From NCBI GenBank assembly GCA_964542785.1, contig CAZIUK010000005.1:1-48027 (forward strand): a stretch of 48,027 nucleotides of DNA, written 5' to 3'. The translations under genes and the position numbers were made by a program. Within the stretch, counting starts at the first letter, position 1. The number at the start of each line of letters is the position of its first letter. Under the pieces are notes generated by a model. It searched no databases and was not told the DNA's origin. It worked only from the letters and a program-made list of their open reading frames with translations. The DNA is from an uncultured Planctomycetales bacterium (GTDB taxonomy: Bacteria > Omnitrophota > Gorgyraeia > Gygaellales > Profunditerraquicolaceae). Of this stretch, positions 26,945 through 35,345 are shown piece after piece.

Positions 26945-27823
26945 CTATGATGCCTCTGCCTTTAACCCATATCTTTTTATATTATTATCTGCTATCTCCT
27001 GTACCCTCTTAATCTCCTCGGGGTTTTTAAGCAGATGTTTGAACCTGCCTTGAAGCTTAAGATACTCCTCAACAGGTTTAGGGGTAATTATACGCCGTGC
27101 AGTTATTAAACCATTTTCATACTCAAGCAAAGGATAGAGCCCGGTTTCAACCGCCAATCTTGCGACCTGTATAGTAAGATTTGTCTCGTACCTCCACCCT
27201 AGAGGACAAGGGACATGCACCTGTATATATTTAGCTCCCCTTATAGATATCGCCTTCTTAACCTTTCTTTGCAAATCCTGCGGAAAGCCAGATGTAGCAG
27301 TAGCAACATAAGGTATACCGTGGGCATTAGCTATCTCAGGCATAGGTTTTTTAGGCCTTATATTACCTGAGGATAAATTACCTACGGGGCTAGTCGTAGT
27401 ATTGGTATCAAAAGGCGTTAAACCACTACGCTGGACACCGGTATTCATATAAGCCTCATTATCATAACAGACATACAAAATATTATGCCCCCGTTCAAGC
27501 ATCCCGGATAAGGCTTGCAAACCTATATCCGCAGTCCCGCCGTCTCCGGCTTGGGCTATAATGTTAATCTGCTCCTGCTTGCCTAAATATTTGATTGCAG
27601 ACTCTACACCTGAAGCAACAGCAGCCGCATTCTCAAATAATGAATGTATCCAAGGCACACCCCAACTTGACTCAGGGTATTTAGTAGAAAATACCTCGAG
27701 GCAACCTGTATTATTAACTACTATAGTATTAGGCCCGGCTGCATCTATGACTAAACGTGCCGCCATTGATTGTCCACAACCTGCGCATGCAGTATGCCCT
27801 GAATTAAATAGAGTATTACTCAT
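26945..27823 (-). CDS. porB: 2-oxoacid (probably pyruvate):ferredoxin oxidoreductase, beta subunit
   Basis: 292 aa. Motifs CAGCGQ and GDGGTADIG (TPP binding). Confidence 0.9.
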   Translation of the reverse strand: MSNTLFNSGHTACAGCGQSMAARLVIDAAGPNTIVVNNTGCLEVFSTKYPESSWGVPWIHSLFENAAAVASGVESAIKYLGKQEQINIIAQAGDGGTADIGLQALSGMLERGHNILYVCYDNEAYMNTGVQRSGLTPFDTNTTTSPVGNLSSGNIRPKKPMPEIANAHGIPYVATATSGFPQDLQRKVKKAISIRGAKYIQVHVPCPLGWRYETNLTIQVARLAVETGLYPLLEYENGLITARRIITPKPVEEYLKLQGRFKHLLKNPEEIKRVQEIADNNIKRYGLKAEAS

Positions 27824-28997
27824 AAGCTTCCTTTAATAGTTCAGGTTTTAAATCAATAAACTCATCCTGGTTGCACTTACCGGTTAAAAGGCGAAAAACC
27901 TCTTTAATAGACTCTTTGGTAACGTCTCTTCCTCCTAATCCTACGATAAAGCTCCCTATTGTTTTTGGCTTCTTAGACTTGCCAAAAAATGTAGCCTTAA
28001 TTTCAGAAGCAAGCGGAGCAAAAGAACCTATCGATAGAGCACGGTCAATTACAGCTACCTTAGGAATATTCTTTAAGGCCTCAAAAATCTGGCTAGTTGG
28101 AAAAGGGCGGAGTGATACTATTTTTAACATCCCTACTTTCTTGCCTTTCTTTCTTAACTCATCTACTACCTCTTTAACCGTTCCGCATACTGAACCCATA
28201 GCTACTATAACCCGTTCTGCATCTTTAATCTGATAACCCTCTATCAAACCGTTATAATTCCTTCCAAAAGCCTTAGAGAATTCCTGAGCTATTTTAGGTA
28301 TAAGCATCAAAGCCTCTTTATGAGTTTCATTAAGCGCAAAACGCGTCTCTGTATAAAATTCAGGATCAACTAAAGGGCCCAATGTTAGGGGATTTGCAAT
28401 ATCTAATTTGTAAGGAGCCTTGTAAGGAGGCAAAAATTTATCTACCATATCCTGCGAAGGTATATCTACTACCTCAACCCCATGGGTTAAGATAAAACCA
28501 TCAACGCAAACCATGACCGGAAGCATTATAGACCTATCCTCAGCCAACTTATAAGCCATTACGTGCAAGTCAACTGCCTCCTGAATATTCTCAGCGTGAA
28601 ATTGAACCCATCCTGAATCACGTAGAGATACTACATCCTGATGGTCATTCCAGATATTAATCGGAGCAGATATAGCACGCGCAGCAGTAGTCATAACTAC
28701 CGGAAGCCTCATCCCGGAAATATTATAAAGGACCTCTGCCATAAGAAATAACCCTTGCGAACTGGTAGCGGTATAACTTCTAACCCCACAGGCAACTGAT
28801 CCTAAGACTAAAGAGGCAGCAGAATGTTCACTCTCCACATTGACAAATTGTGCATTTAACTTGCCATCAGCTACTATCTGGGCAAGCTCCTCTACTATAT
28901 GAGTCTGAGGGGTAATCGGATAAGCAGAAATTACTCCCGGCTTACAGAGCCTAACTATTTCAGCTATGGCTAATGACCCTTCTAAAAACTCTTTCAT
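27816..28997 (-). CDS. porA: 2-oxoacid:ferredoxin oxidoreductase, alpha subunit
   Basis: 393 aa with family-typical N-terminus (GSLAIAE...AYPITPQT). Overlaps porB by 8 nt. Confidence 0.9.
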   Translation of the reverse strand: MKEFLEGSLAIAEIVRLCKPGVISAYPITPQTHIVEELAQIVADGKLNAQFVNVESEHSAASLVLGSVACGVRSYTATSSQGLFLMAEVLYNISGMRLPVVMTTAARAISAPINIWNDHQDVVSLRDSGWVQFHAENIQEAVDLHVMAYKLAEDRSIMLPVMVCVDGFILTHGVEVVDIPSQDMVDKFLPPYKAPYKLDIANPLTLGPLVDPEFYTETRFALNETHKEALMLIPKIAQEFSKAFGRNYNGLIEGYQIKDAERVIVAMGSVCGTVKEVVDELRKKGKKVGMLKIVSLRPFPTSQIFEALKNIPKVAVIDRALSIGSFAPLASEIKATFFGKSKKPKTIGSFIVGLGGRDVTKESIKEVFRLLTGKCNQDEFIDLKPELLKEAYE

Positions 28998-28999
28998 AC

Positions 29000-29254
29000 C
29001 TAACCTTCCTTTACCATCTCTATATCCTTCTTAGGGCAAATTGCCGCACAATTACCGCAACCCTTGCAATAATCAGGATCAAAATCATAAGAGTTCTTTT
29101 CTTTGCCGTCTATGCATGCCTCCGGGCAGATTATTAAGCACATATTACAGGCAATACAATTCTTCTTAAGAAACTTTGGCTTTAAACCCGTACGCCAAGA
29201 GCCTGTCTTATTACTCCTGCTTGAAGCAGGCTTACAAACTAATGGACCGAACAT
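29000..29254 (-). CDS. porD: 2-oxoacid:ferredoxin oxidoreductase, delta subunit (2x[4Fe-4S])
   Basis: Two CxxCxxCxxxCP motifs (CIACNMCLIICP, CKGCGNCAAICP). The ATG at 29254 has AAGGAAGG upstream. Confidence 0.88.
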   Translation of the reverse strand: MFGPLVCKPASSRSNKTGSWRTGLKPKFLKKNCIACNMCLIICPEACIDGKEKNSYDFDPDYCKGCGNCAAICPKKDIEMVKEG

Positions 29255-29783
29255 AATCAAAACCTTCCTTTGCTGATTTTATATTAACCTCTTGCAATCT
29301 TTGAGCAAACCTATGTTTAATAGCTTTATTTAAATCATCTAAAGTCAGTTCACCTGTAGCTGCGCAAAACGCCCCTAGCATAGCAGTATTGCCAAGCGGC
29401 CTTCCGATATGCCGTAAAGCAATCTCGTTAGCGGGAACAATAAAGACTTTCTGCTTAGCCTTAACCTTAAAGGAACCTAAAAGATCCTCCTTAGCGTTTA
29501 TAATCACTATGCCGTCCTCCTTAAGCCCTGATAGGCAATTAAACCCCCGCATAAGGGTGTAATCTACTATTAGTAAATAATCAGGCTCGTAAATCTGGCT
29601 ACGTAAGCGTACGGGATTTGAATCTACGCGCACAAATGCGTTCATAGGAGCGCCCATGCGCGCAGCGCCAAAACTCGGGAAAGCATAAGGATATAAACCT
29701 TTTAGAAAATAGGCATATCCTAATAATGAAGCTGTTGTTATAGCGCCTTGACCAGCGCGGGCATGAATACGAATCTCTTTCAT
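29232..29783 (-). CDS. porG: 2-oxoacid:ferredoxin oxidoreductase, gamma subunit
   Basis: 183 aa. Motif IHARAGQGAITTASLL typical of gamma subunits. Confidence 0.88.
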   Translation of the reverse strand: MKEIRIHARAGQGAITTASLLGYAYFLKGLYPYAFPSFGAARMGAPMNAFVRVDSNPVRLRSQIYEPDYLLIVDYTLMRGFNCLSGLKEDGIVIINAKEDLLGSFKVKAKQKVFIVPANEIALRHIGRPLGNTAMLGAFCAATGELTLDDLNKAIKHRFAQRLQEVNIKSAKEGFDYVRSISL

Positions 29784-29823
29784 TAAACTGAATCCTCAAA
29801 AAGTAAAGTTAAAAGGTTTAAGT

Positions 29824-29852
29824 ATGATATAACTTTTCCTGCACTTTGTCAA
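29824..29852 (-). promoter_or_regulatory. near-consensus sigma70 promoter for porGDAB
   Basis: On the minus strand: TTGACA, a 17-nt spacer, then TATCAT, about 40 nt upstream of the porG ATG. Confidence 0.5.
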
Positions 29853-29892
29853 ATAGTTTATTTTTTTAAGGTTTTATCCTTTAAAATAATCC

Positions 29893-30930
29893 TTATAGAT
29901 TTTTTCTTATAAATTCCGAAGCTTCAGCTAAAAGCTGAAGCCTATTCTCAGCCTCTTCTACCGTAAGCGCTCCTAACCCGCACGCAGGAGAGATAATCAA
30001 CCTCTCTCTTATAAGCTCTTCGCTTACCCCTTTTTTTACTAATGACTCTATCCCAAAACGTAATTTACTGATTAAGAATCTTAAATCCTCTTTATCGGTA
30101 AAATCCCGCGTAGGAACAATCCCCCAGCAAATTAAACCTTTGCGCTCTAAAAAACCTTTAACCTCTTTGGCGTAAAGAATAAATTTCTCCAAATAATCAA
30201 AAGCATCAAAACTTATAATATCAATATTTTCTACTTCGGTAAAGATAGACCAATCGGTATTCCCGCAACAATGCACCCCTAATAAATCATACGCAGGCTT
30301 AAGGAATTCACTAAACTCTGTTAACCCCAAAACAACCTCCTGCCTGTTTAAGGGGGTATAGGCCGAGCCAAAAGACCCCAGATATGGCTCGTCTATAAAG
30401 AGGGCTAAAGGTTTGCCCAAGCCCTTAAACTTATCTGCCTGCCAAAGCGCTTTCATGCCTAACAACTTTAAGGCAGCCTGTAGAAATACCTTATTATGTA
30501 AAATAGGAGCTCCTGATTCATCGTTGACTGCGGCAGAAAAGGTAAAAGGCCCCGTAACCTGTAGCTTTAAAACCTGCGCGCAAGAAATAGCATCACCAGA
30601 TGATAACTCATCATAAAACTTATAAAGCCCCGGGGCAAAATCAGAAGTTATCTTAAAGTAATCAAGGTCAGCGGAGATCACCTTATCATAAAACTCCTCT
30701 AACTTTTTATCCTTATTAAAAGAATCAAAAAAAATACCTTCCTGGCTTACCTTTATACAAGGCATATTCTCGCTAAACTGAGCAACCATCCCTTCTTTTA
30801 AACTACGTTTGGGTAATTGAGGCCAAAACGGAATCTGTGGCATGTACTTAAAGATAAGCCTAAGTGCATCTACAGCCTCACTATGGGGCAGGCTCCCTAT
30901 ACCAGTAGCTAATCCTCTTAGTCTCTGCAT
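29893..30930 (-). CDS. short MetE-like / URO-D-superfamily zinc methyltransferase-like protein
   Basis: About 345 aa from the ATG at 30930 (AGAGG 8 nt upstream). Candidate Zn ligands are VHCCGN and SPACGLG, and the N-terminus is GIGSLPH. The family call is tentative. Confidence 0.5.
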   Translation of the reverse strand: MQRLRGLATGIGSLPHSEAVDALRLIFKYMPQIPFWPQLPKRSLKEGMVAQFSENMPCIKVSQEGIFFDSFNKDKKLEEFYDKVISADLDYFKITSDFAPGLYKFYDELSSGDAISCAQVLKLQVTGPFTFSAAVNDESGAPILHNKVFLQAALKLLGMKALWQADKFKGLGKPLALFIDEPYLGSFGSAYTPLNRQEVVLGLTEFSEFLKPAYDLLGVHCCGNTDWSIFTEVENIDIISFDAFDYLEKFILYAKEVKGFLERKGLICWGIVPTRDFTDKEDLRFLISKLRFGIESLVKKGVSEELIRERLIISPACGLGALTVEEAENRLQLLAEASEFIRKNL

Positions 30931-30994
30931 AAATAAACCTCTAATCCTTCTATTAGCAAAACAAAAATACAATCTCTTCTTATATTAACCCTTA

Positions 30995-31489
30995 TTACTC
31001 TAAATTCAAATCCTTAAGTTTTTCTTTATAGAAACGGTTGCCGCTATATACTACCTTTCCGGATTTACTAATAGCAATAAAAGTCGGAACGCCTAAAATT
31101 CCATAGGTATCCGAGACCATAAGATCCCTATCTAATAGGACAACAAAATCCAGCCCTACTCCCGCCACAAAGCTCTTAACTTTCTGCAAGGACTCCCCGA
31201 CATTAACGGCTAAGACCTCAATCCCCTCGTTATTTAAATACTCTCTTTTGCCTTTTAAATCAACTAAGGCAGACCTGCAGTAAGGACACCACGTAGCCCA
31301 AAAGACAATAATAACCGCTTTTTTGCCTAAGTAACTTCCAAGAGAAACCTCCTCTTCATAAATATTCTCTAACTTAAAATCATACGGCACTAACAAATTA
31401 TCTTTATAGGGGGATGAACTTAGGTCGGAATTACAACTTGAAACTAAAATTAAAATAGCAAAAAACCATGCAAACCTTACCATCCTCAT
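30995..31489 (-). CDS. TlpA/ResA-like periplasmic thiol:disulfide oxidoreductase (lipoprotein)
   Basis: 164 aa. Lipobox LVSSC and thioredoxin motif FWATWCPYC. Confidence 0.85.
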   Translation of the reverse strand: MRMVRFAWFFAILILVSSCNSDLSSSPYKDNLLVPYDFKLENIYEEEVSLGSYLGKKAVIIVFWATWCPYCRSALVDLKGKREYLNNEGIEVLAVNVGESLQKVKSFVAGVGLDFVVLLDRDLMVSDTYGILGVPTFIAISKSGKVVYSGNRFYKEKLKDLNLE

Positions 31490-31493
31490 AGAA

Positions 31494-32165
31494 TCACCCT
31501 ATACTCAAAATACCGGTATAAATAAAATATAATCCCATAATCAATAAAACAACCCCGGCTAACCTTTGAAATATTAACATCCATTTACCGGACTTAGGTA
31601 AACTAGCTAAAAAAGCACTGAATGAACCTGATATTATAAGAATAAGGCCCATACCATAAGCAAAAGCAGCTAAAAGCCCTACTCCATAAAACACATTCTT
31701 ACCTGTAGCAAGATAAGAGAGTATTGAGCCTAAAACAGGGGTAAGGCAAGGAGAGACAACCAAGCCTGAAGATAACCCTAATAAAAAAACAGAGAGGTAG
31801 CTTTTCTTTCCCAAATATCCTTGCCTAAAATTAAAACCCTTAAAAGCAATAGTAAATAAACCAAAAAGAGACAACCCAAAGATAATTATTATAATGCCTA
31901 CTAAAATATTAGTAACCGGATGGTTACTAATACTACCAAAAAATTTTCCGCTTAAAGCGGCAAAGAGCCCTAAAGCCGAATAAACAAGCGCCATACCGCT
32001 TACATAAATTAAGCTTAATATAAACCCTCTTAAACAGGAACTACCCTTTATGCCTATATAACCTATAGTAACGGGAACCAAAGGATAGACACAAGGAGTA
32101 AAACTGACTGCCACTCCCCCTAAAAAAGCAAAGATATAATCTATTGGGTTACCTGATAGATTCAT
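31494..32165 (-). CDS. ccdA: cytochrome c biogenesis / thiol-disulfide transporter CcdA (DsbD core)
   Basis: 223 aa, 6 TM helices. Conserved motifs SFTPCVYPLVP and VSPCLTPVLG. Confidence 0.88.
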   Translation of the reverse strand: MNLSGNPIDYIFAFLGGVAVSFTPCVYPLVPVTIGYIGIKGSSCLRGFILSLIYVSGMALVYSALGLFAALSGKFFGSISNHPVTNILVGIIIIIFGLSLFGLFTIAFKGFNFRQGYLGKKSYLSVFLLGLSSGLVVSPCLTPVLGSILSYLATGKNVFYGVGLLAAFAYGMGLILIISGSFSAFLASLPKSGKWMLIFQRLAGVVLLIMGLYFIYTGILSIG

Positions 32166-32460
32166 CTATCCAGTTTAAATAAGGCTTAAAACCTGAAGAT
32201 ATAGGCAGGCTTATTATCTCCGGGACTTCATAGCTATGCACAGCTTTTACCTGGCTTATAACCTTACCTATCTTGCCTTGCTTGGTTTTAATAATAAGCA
32301 AGACTTCAAGCGCAGAATCAATTTTACCCTGCCAGCGGAATAGAGATTCCACATTATTTATAATATTTACGCAAGCAGCAAGCCTCTTTTTAATTAACCT
32401 CTCGGCAATACCCTTGGCTTCCTTCTTGTTTTTTGCAGTTACTAAGACCACGCGATACAA
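32149..32460 (-). CDS. cutA: divalent-cation tolerance protein CutA
   Basis: 103 aa. Motifs RLAACVNI and HSYEVPEI. TTG start. Confidence 0.85.
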   Translation of the reverse strand: MYRVVLVTAKNKKEAKGIAERLIKKRLAACVNIINNVESLFRWQGKIDSALEVLLIIKTKQGKIGKVISQVKAVHSYEVPEIISLPISSGFKPYLNWIDESIR

Positions 32461-32462
32461 AA

Positions 32463-32708
32463 TTAACCCTCCTCTTGGTCTATCTTTACTGACCTTATCC
32501 TCCCAAGCTGAGAACAGGCGTCAAACACCAACTGCGGGTCTTCGGTTTTAATTCTAACAGTAAAATCTTTTCCCCTCTTCTCCTGCCAAGAAGAATCAAC
32601 GACTAACAAACCCTCTCCGAACTCAGACAAGGAATTATTTACTTCCTGCAAAGAAAAATCATAAACATGTAAAATAAAATCTAATTTGTATTTTTTTGTT
32701 AAGCTCAT
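32463..32708 (-). CDS. hypothetical 81-aa protein
   Basis: ATG start overlaps the pgeF stop (ATGA), and the stop is 2 nt before cutA. I recognise no family. Confidence 0.5.
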   Translation of the reverse strand: MSLTKKYKLDFILHVYDFSLQEVNNSLSEFGEGLLVVDSSWQEKRGKDFTVRIKTEDPQLVFDACSQLGRIRSVKIDQEEG

Positions 32709-33421
32709 TTAAGCATCATAACCGAAAGCATCCTGCCACAGGTAAACCCTTCTTTACGAAAAGAAAAAAACTCGTCATTATGGCAAAAAGTGCACGCCTG
32801 CGGCGGATAGATATTCTCTTTCCTGAGTCCGCAGGCAAGTAACTCCCAAGCATTAGCCTCTGTTAAATCTAAATACAGCTGCCCGCCTTTTCTAATTAAC
32901 CCTTCAGTAAAGTAACTGCTAAAATCCTCTGAGACCTGATAACAACACCCTCTAATACCGGAACCAAACCCAACGTATAAATTTTTAGGCTTGCTATTAA
33001 ACTCTTTCTGCATAAGCCTTACTGCCTTTGAGGCTATCCTTAACCTTGAACTACGCCAACCGCAATGCAAAAGAGCTATCGCCGGAAGAGAAGGATCATA
33101 GATAAACATAGACGGGCAATCTGCAGTAAAGATTGCAATAGGCAGATTCTTTCTATCGGTTATAAATCCGTCGGTATCAGCTATAGAGCCGCCGTATGCA
33201 CTTGCGCCAGCTCCTTTATCATCCTCCGTAACATACCTTATATTATCCCCGTGAACCTGACGCGCGCAAACTAAATCACGGTAATCAATGCCTAAACTAC
33301 TTAAAAAAACCCTGCGGTTATTTAAAGCCTCCGGTGTTTCTCCGTAATACAAAGACATATTCCCATGCTTACGACCGGAGAATGCGATTATAAGATTAGA
33401 CTCGTTGACAAACCCTGACAA
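32705..33421 (-). CDS. pgeF: peptidoglycan editing factor PgeF / YfiH (DUF152, laccase-domain protein)
   Basis: 238 aa. Motifs QVHGDN, TADC and HCGWRS. Confidence 0.85.
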   Translation of the reverse strand: MSGFVNESNLIIAFSGRKHGNMSLYYGETPEALNNRRVFLSSLGIDYRDLVCARQVHGDNIRYVTEDDKGAGASAYGGSIADTDGFITDRKNLPIAIFTADCPSMFIYDPSLPAIALLHCGWRSSRLRIASKAVRLMQKEFNSKPKNLYVGFGSGIRGCCYQVSEDFSSYFTEGLIRKGGQLYLDLTEANAWELLACGLRKENIYPPQACTFCHNDEFFSFRKEGFTCGRMLSVMMLK

Positions 33422-33641
33422 TTTTCTCCCTCGCTTTCTCTCCCTTAATTATATCAATAAGCCTCTTTTTAACGCCAAGGTATTCTGCTAACAAAACTAT
33501 TAACTCTTTATTAGCCCTGCCTTCTATTGCCGGCTTAGCAAGATAAACCTTTAAAATTCCGGATGCCTCTTTTTTTACCAGCCTCCTACCGGAATTAGGG
33601 ACAACCTTAACCTTTAAATATACCTCTTCTTTATCCTTCAA
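33396..33641 (-). CDS. DUF167 (YggU) family protein
   Basis: 81 aa. Matches VKVVPNSGR...L.V.L...P.EGRANKELI..LA..LGV.K..I.I..G. Confidence 0.8.
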   Translation of the reverse strand: MKDKEEVYLKVKVVPNSGRRLVKKEASGILKVYLAKPAIEGRANKELIVLLAEYLGVKKRLIDIIKGEKAREKIVRVCQRV

Positions 33642-33642
33642 T

Positions 33643-34563
33643 CTACTTACTATCCTGTAAATCCAATAATCTATCGGAGAATTTCCCTAAGCGCTTTTGG
33701 GCGTCTAAATACTTAGTATTAGCGTTATTTATATGCCCTCCTAAAATATCAAACTCTTCTTTAAACTTATTTAGCTCTATGTCCAAAGCACTTAATGAGC
33801 TGATAATAGCCTTTACATTCTCTTCAACCTTTAAACCTTTCAAACCAAAACAGATTACCTGTAAATAAGCGTAGAAGGTGTTAGGAGAGACAGGGATAAC
33901 CTTTTTACTTAATCCGTATGAGAAGAGGTCTTCTTTTATAGCAACCTCATAATAAATATTCTCTGCCGGGATATACATAAGGGCAAAATCATAAGTGTTC
34001 TCCTGAGGGAGTATATATTTTGACGCAACTTCATCAATACGGTTTTTTACATCCTGAATGAATTTTTTCCTGTATGATAATTTAACTGTTTCTTCCTGTG
34101 CTTGCAGCATCTTCTGAAAATTTTCTAAGCTAAATTTTGCATCAACCGAGACCAGCTTGTCTGCAAGCCTAATTACCGCATCTACCGCATCCCCGGTTTT
34201 AAAACGGTATTGACGTAAATAGTGCTCTTTTGGCAAAACTTCAGATAAGAGGTTTTCTAGCAGAGTCTCTCCTATTGCCCCTCTAAGCTTAGGAGCGCGC
34301 AATAACTCTTGAAGGCTTGAAATATCCTTACTTATGTCTATAATCTGTCTATTCGTAACCTCTAATTTCCCCAACTGCTCCTTAACATTGCCAAATGCGC
34401 TTAAGGTATCTCCTAAATTTTGGGATACTATCTTGTTAGACTCTTGTAAAATCCGGTTCATCTGGTTAAGCTGAATGTTAACCTGGGAAGAGGCCTTAAA
34501 AATTAAAAATAATACCCCGACGCAAAAAATAAAAAATATAACTCCTAAAATTATACCCGGCAT
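33643..34563 (-). CDS. rmuC: DNA recombination protein RmuC (short form)
   Basis: About 306 aa. N-terminal TM helix, coiled coil and a C-terminal RmuC nuclease-like region. ATG at 34563. Confidence 0.7.
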   Translation of the reverse strand: MPGIILGVIFFIFCVGVLFLIFKASSQVNIQLNQMNRILQESNKIVSQNLGDTLSAFGNVKEQLGKLEVTNRQIIDISKDISSLQELLRAPKLRGAIGETLLENLLSEVLPKEHYLRQYRFKTGDAVDAVIRLADKLVSVDAKFSLENFQKMLQAQEETVKLSYRKKFIQDVKNRIDEVASKYILPQENTYDFALMYIPAENIYYEVAIKEDLFSYGLSKKVIPVSPNTFYAYLQVICFGLKGLKVEENVKAIISSLSALDIELNKFKEEFDILGGHINNANTKYLDAQKRLGKFSDRLLDLQDSK

Positions 34564-34605
34564 CAAAATCTCCTCATCCGTAATTATAACATAGCTATCT
34601 GTTTA

Positions 34606-35325
34606 TCAAAGTAAATATTCTTTCTTTATCCTTTTTACGCTCCTTAAAATATTGGTCTTTACTTCCGGGCAGAAACTTTCCAGCTCCTTTATTATTTTAG
34701 CCATTCTAACGCGCTTAGATGAAGCTTGATTAGGACAACGATAATTTTGAAGGGGAATTTTTTCCTTACGCGCAAAAGAAGCAATCATGCGCTCTTCAAC
34801 ATAAACAAATGGACGTATAATATTAATCTTCCCGTTAAATAAACTCTGCTTAGGAGACATCGCCGATATCTCCCCCTGAAAAAACATATTCAGCATAATC
34901 GTTTGCGCAATATCATCCTTATGATGCCCCAGGGCAAGCTTATCGCATTTAAGGCGGTTAGACGCCTCAAAGAGGGCTCTTCTTCTATTCCAAGCGCACC
35001 AAAAACAATTTATGTCCTTCTTATTAACACCCTTTAATGCATCTACTTTCTCTATGTGGTATTTAACTTTTATCTTTTTAAAATATCTCTCTAAGGGAAC
35101 GGCCACTGATTTAGGGTAACCTAAATCAATATGCAAAGCGACAACCTCATAATCAATCGGGACGAATCTCTTACGACTTAAGAGAATCCGTAAAAGCGCT
35201 AAGCTATCCTTACCTCCGGATACCCCAACGGCGATTCTCTCCTTTTGAGAAATCATCTTATAATCCATTACTGCTCGTCCAACGCGCTTAGATATGTATA
35301 ACTCTAGACCCTTTAATGCCGACAT
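34606..35325 (-). CDS. ttcA: PP-loop ATPase, TtcA-like tRNA 2-thiocytidine synthetase family
   Basis: 239 aa. SGGKDS PP-loop, CFWC and RCPN cysteine motifs. Confidence 0.65.
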   Translation of the reverse strand: MSALKGLELYISKRVGRAVMDYKMISQKERIAVGVSGGKDSLALLRILLSRKRFVPIDYEVVALHIDLGYPKSVAVPLERYFKKIKVKYHIEKVDALKGVNKKDINCFWCAWNRRRALFEASNRLKCDKLALGHHKDDIAQTIMLNMFFQGEISAMSPKQSLFNGKINIIRPFVYVEERMIASFARKEKIPLQNYRCPNQASSKRVRMAKIIKELESFCPEVKTNILRSVKRIKKEYLL

Positions 35326-35345
35326 AATTATAGTATTTTCTGCCT

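Noticed and set aside
29599-29799. Same-strand 66-aa ORF overlapping the porG 5' region
   Set aside because: It is an out-of-frame overlap with a conserved POR gamma subunit. It extends upstream past the porG SD, and its Arg/Cys-rich translation has no motif.
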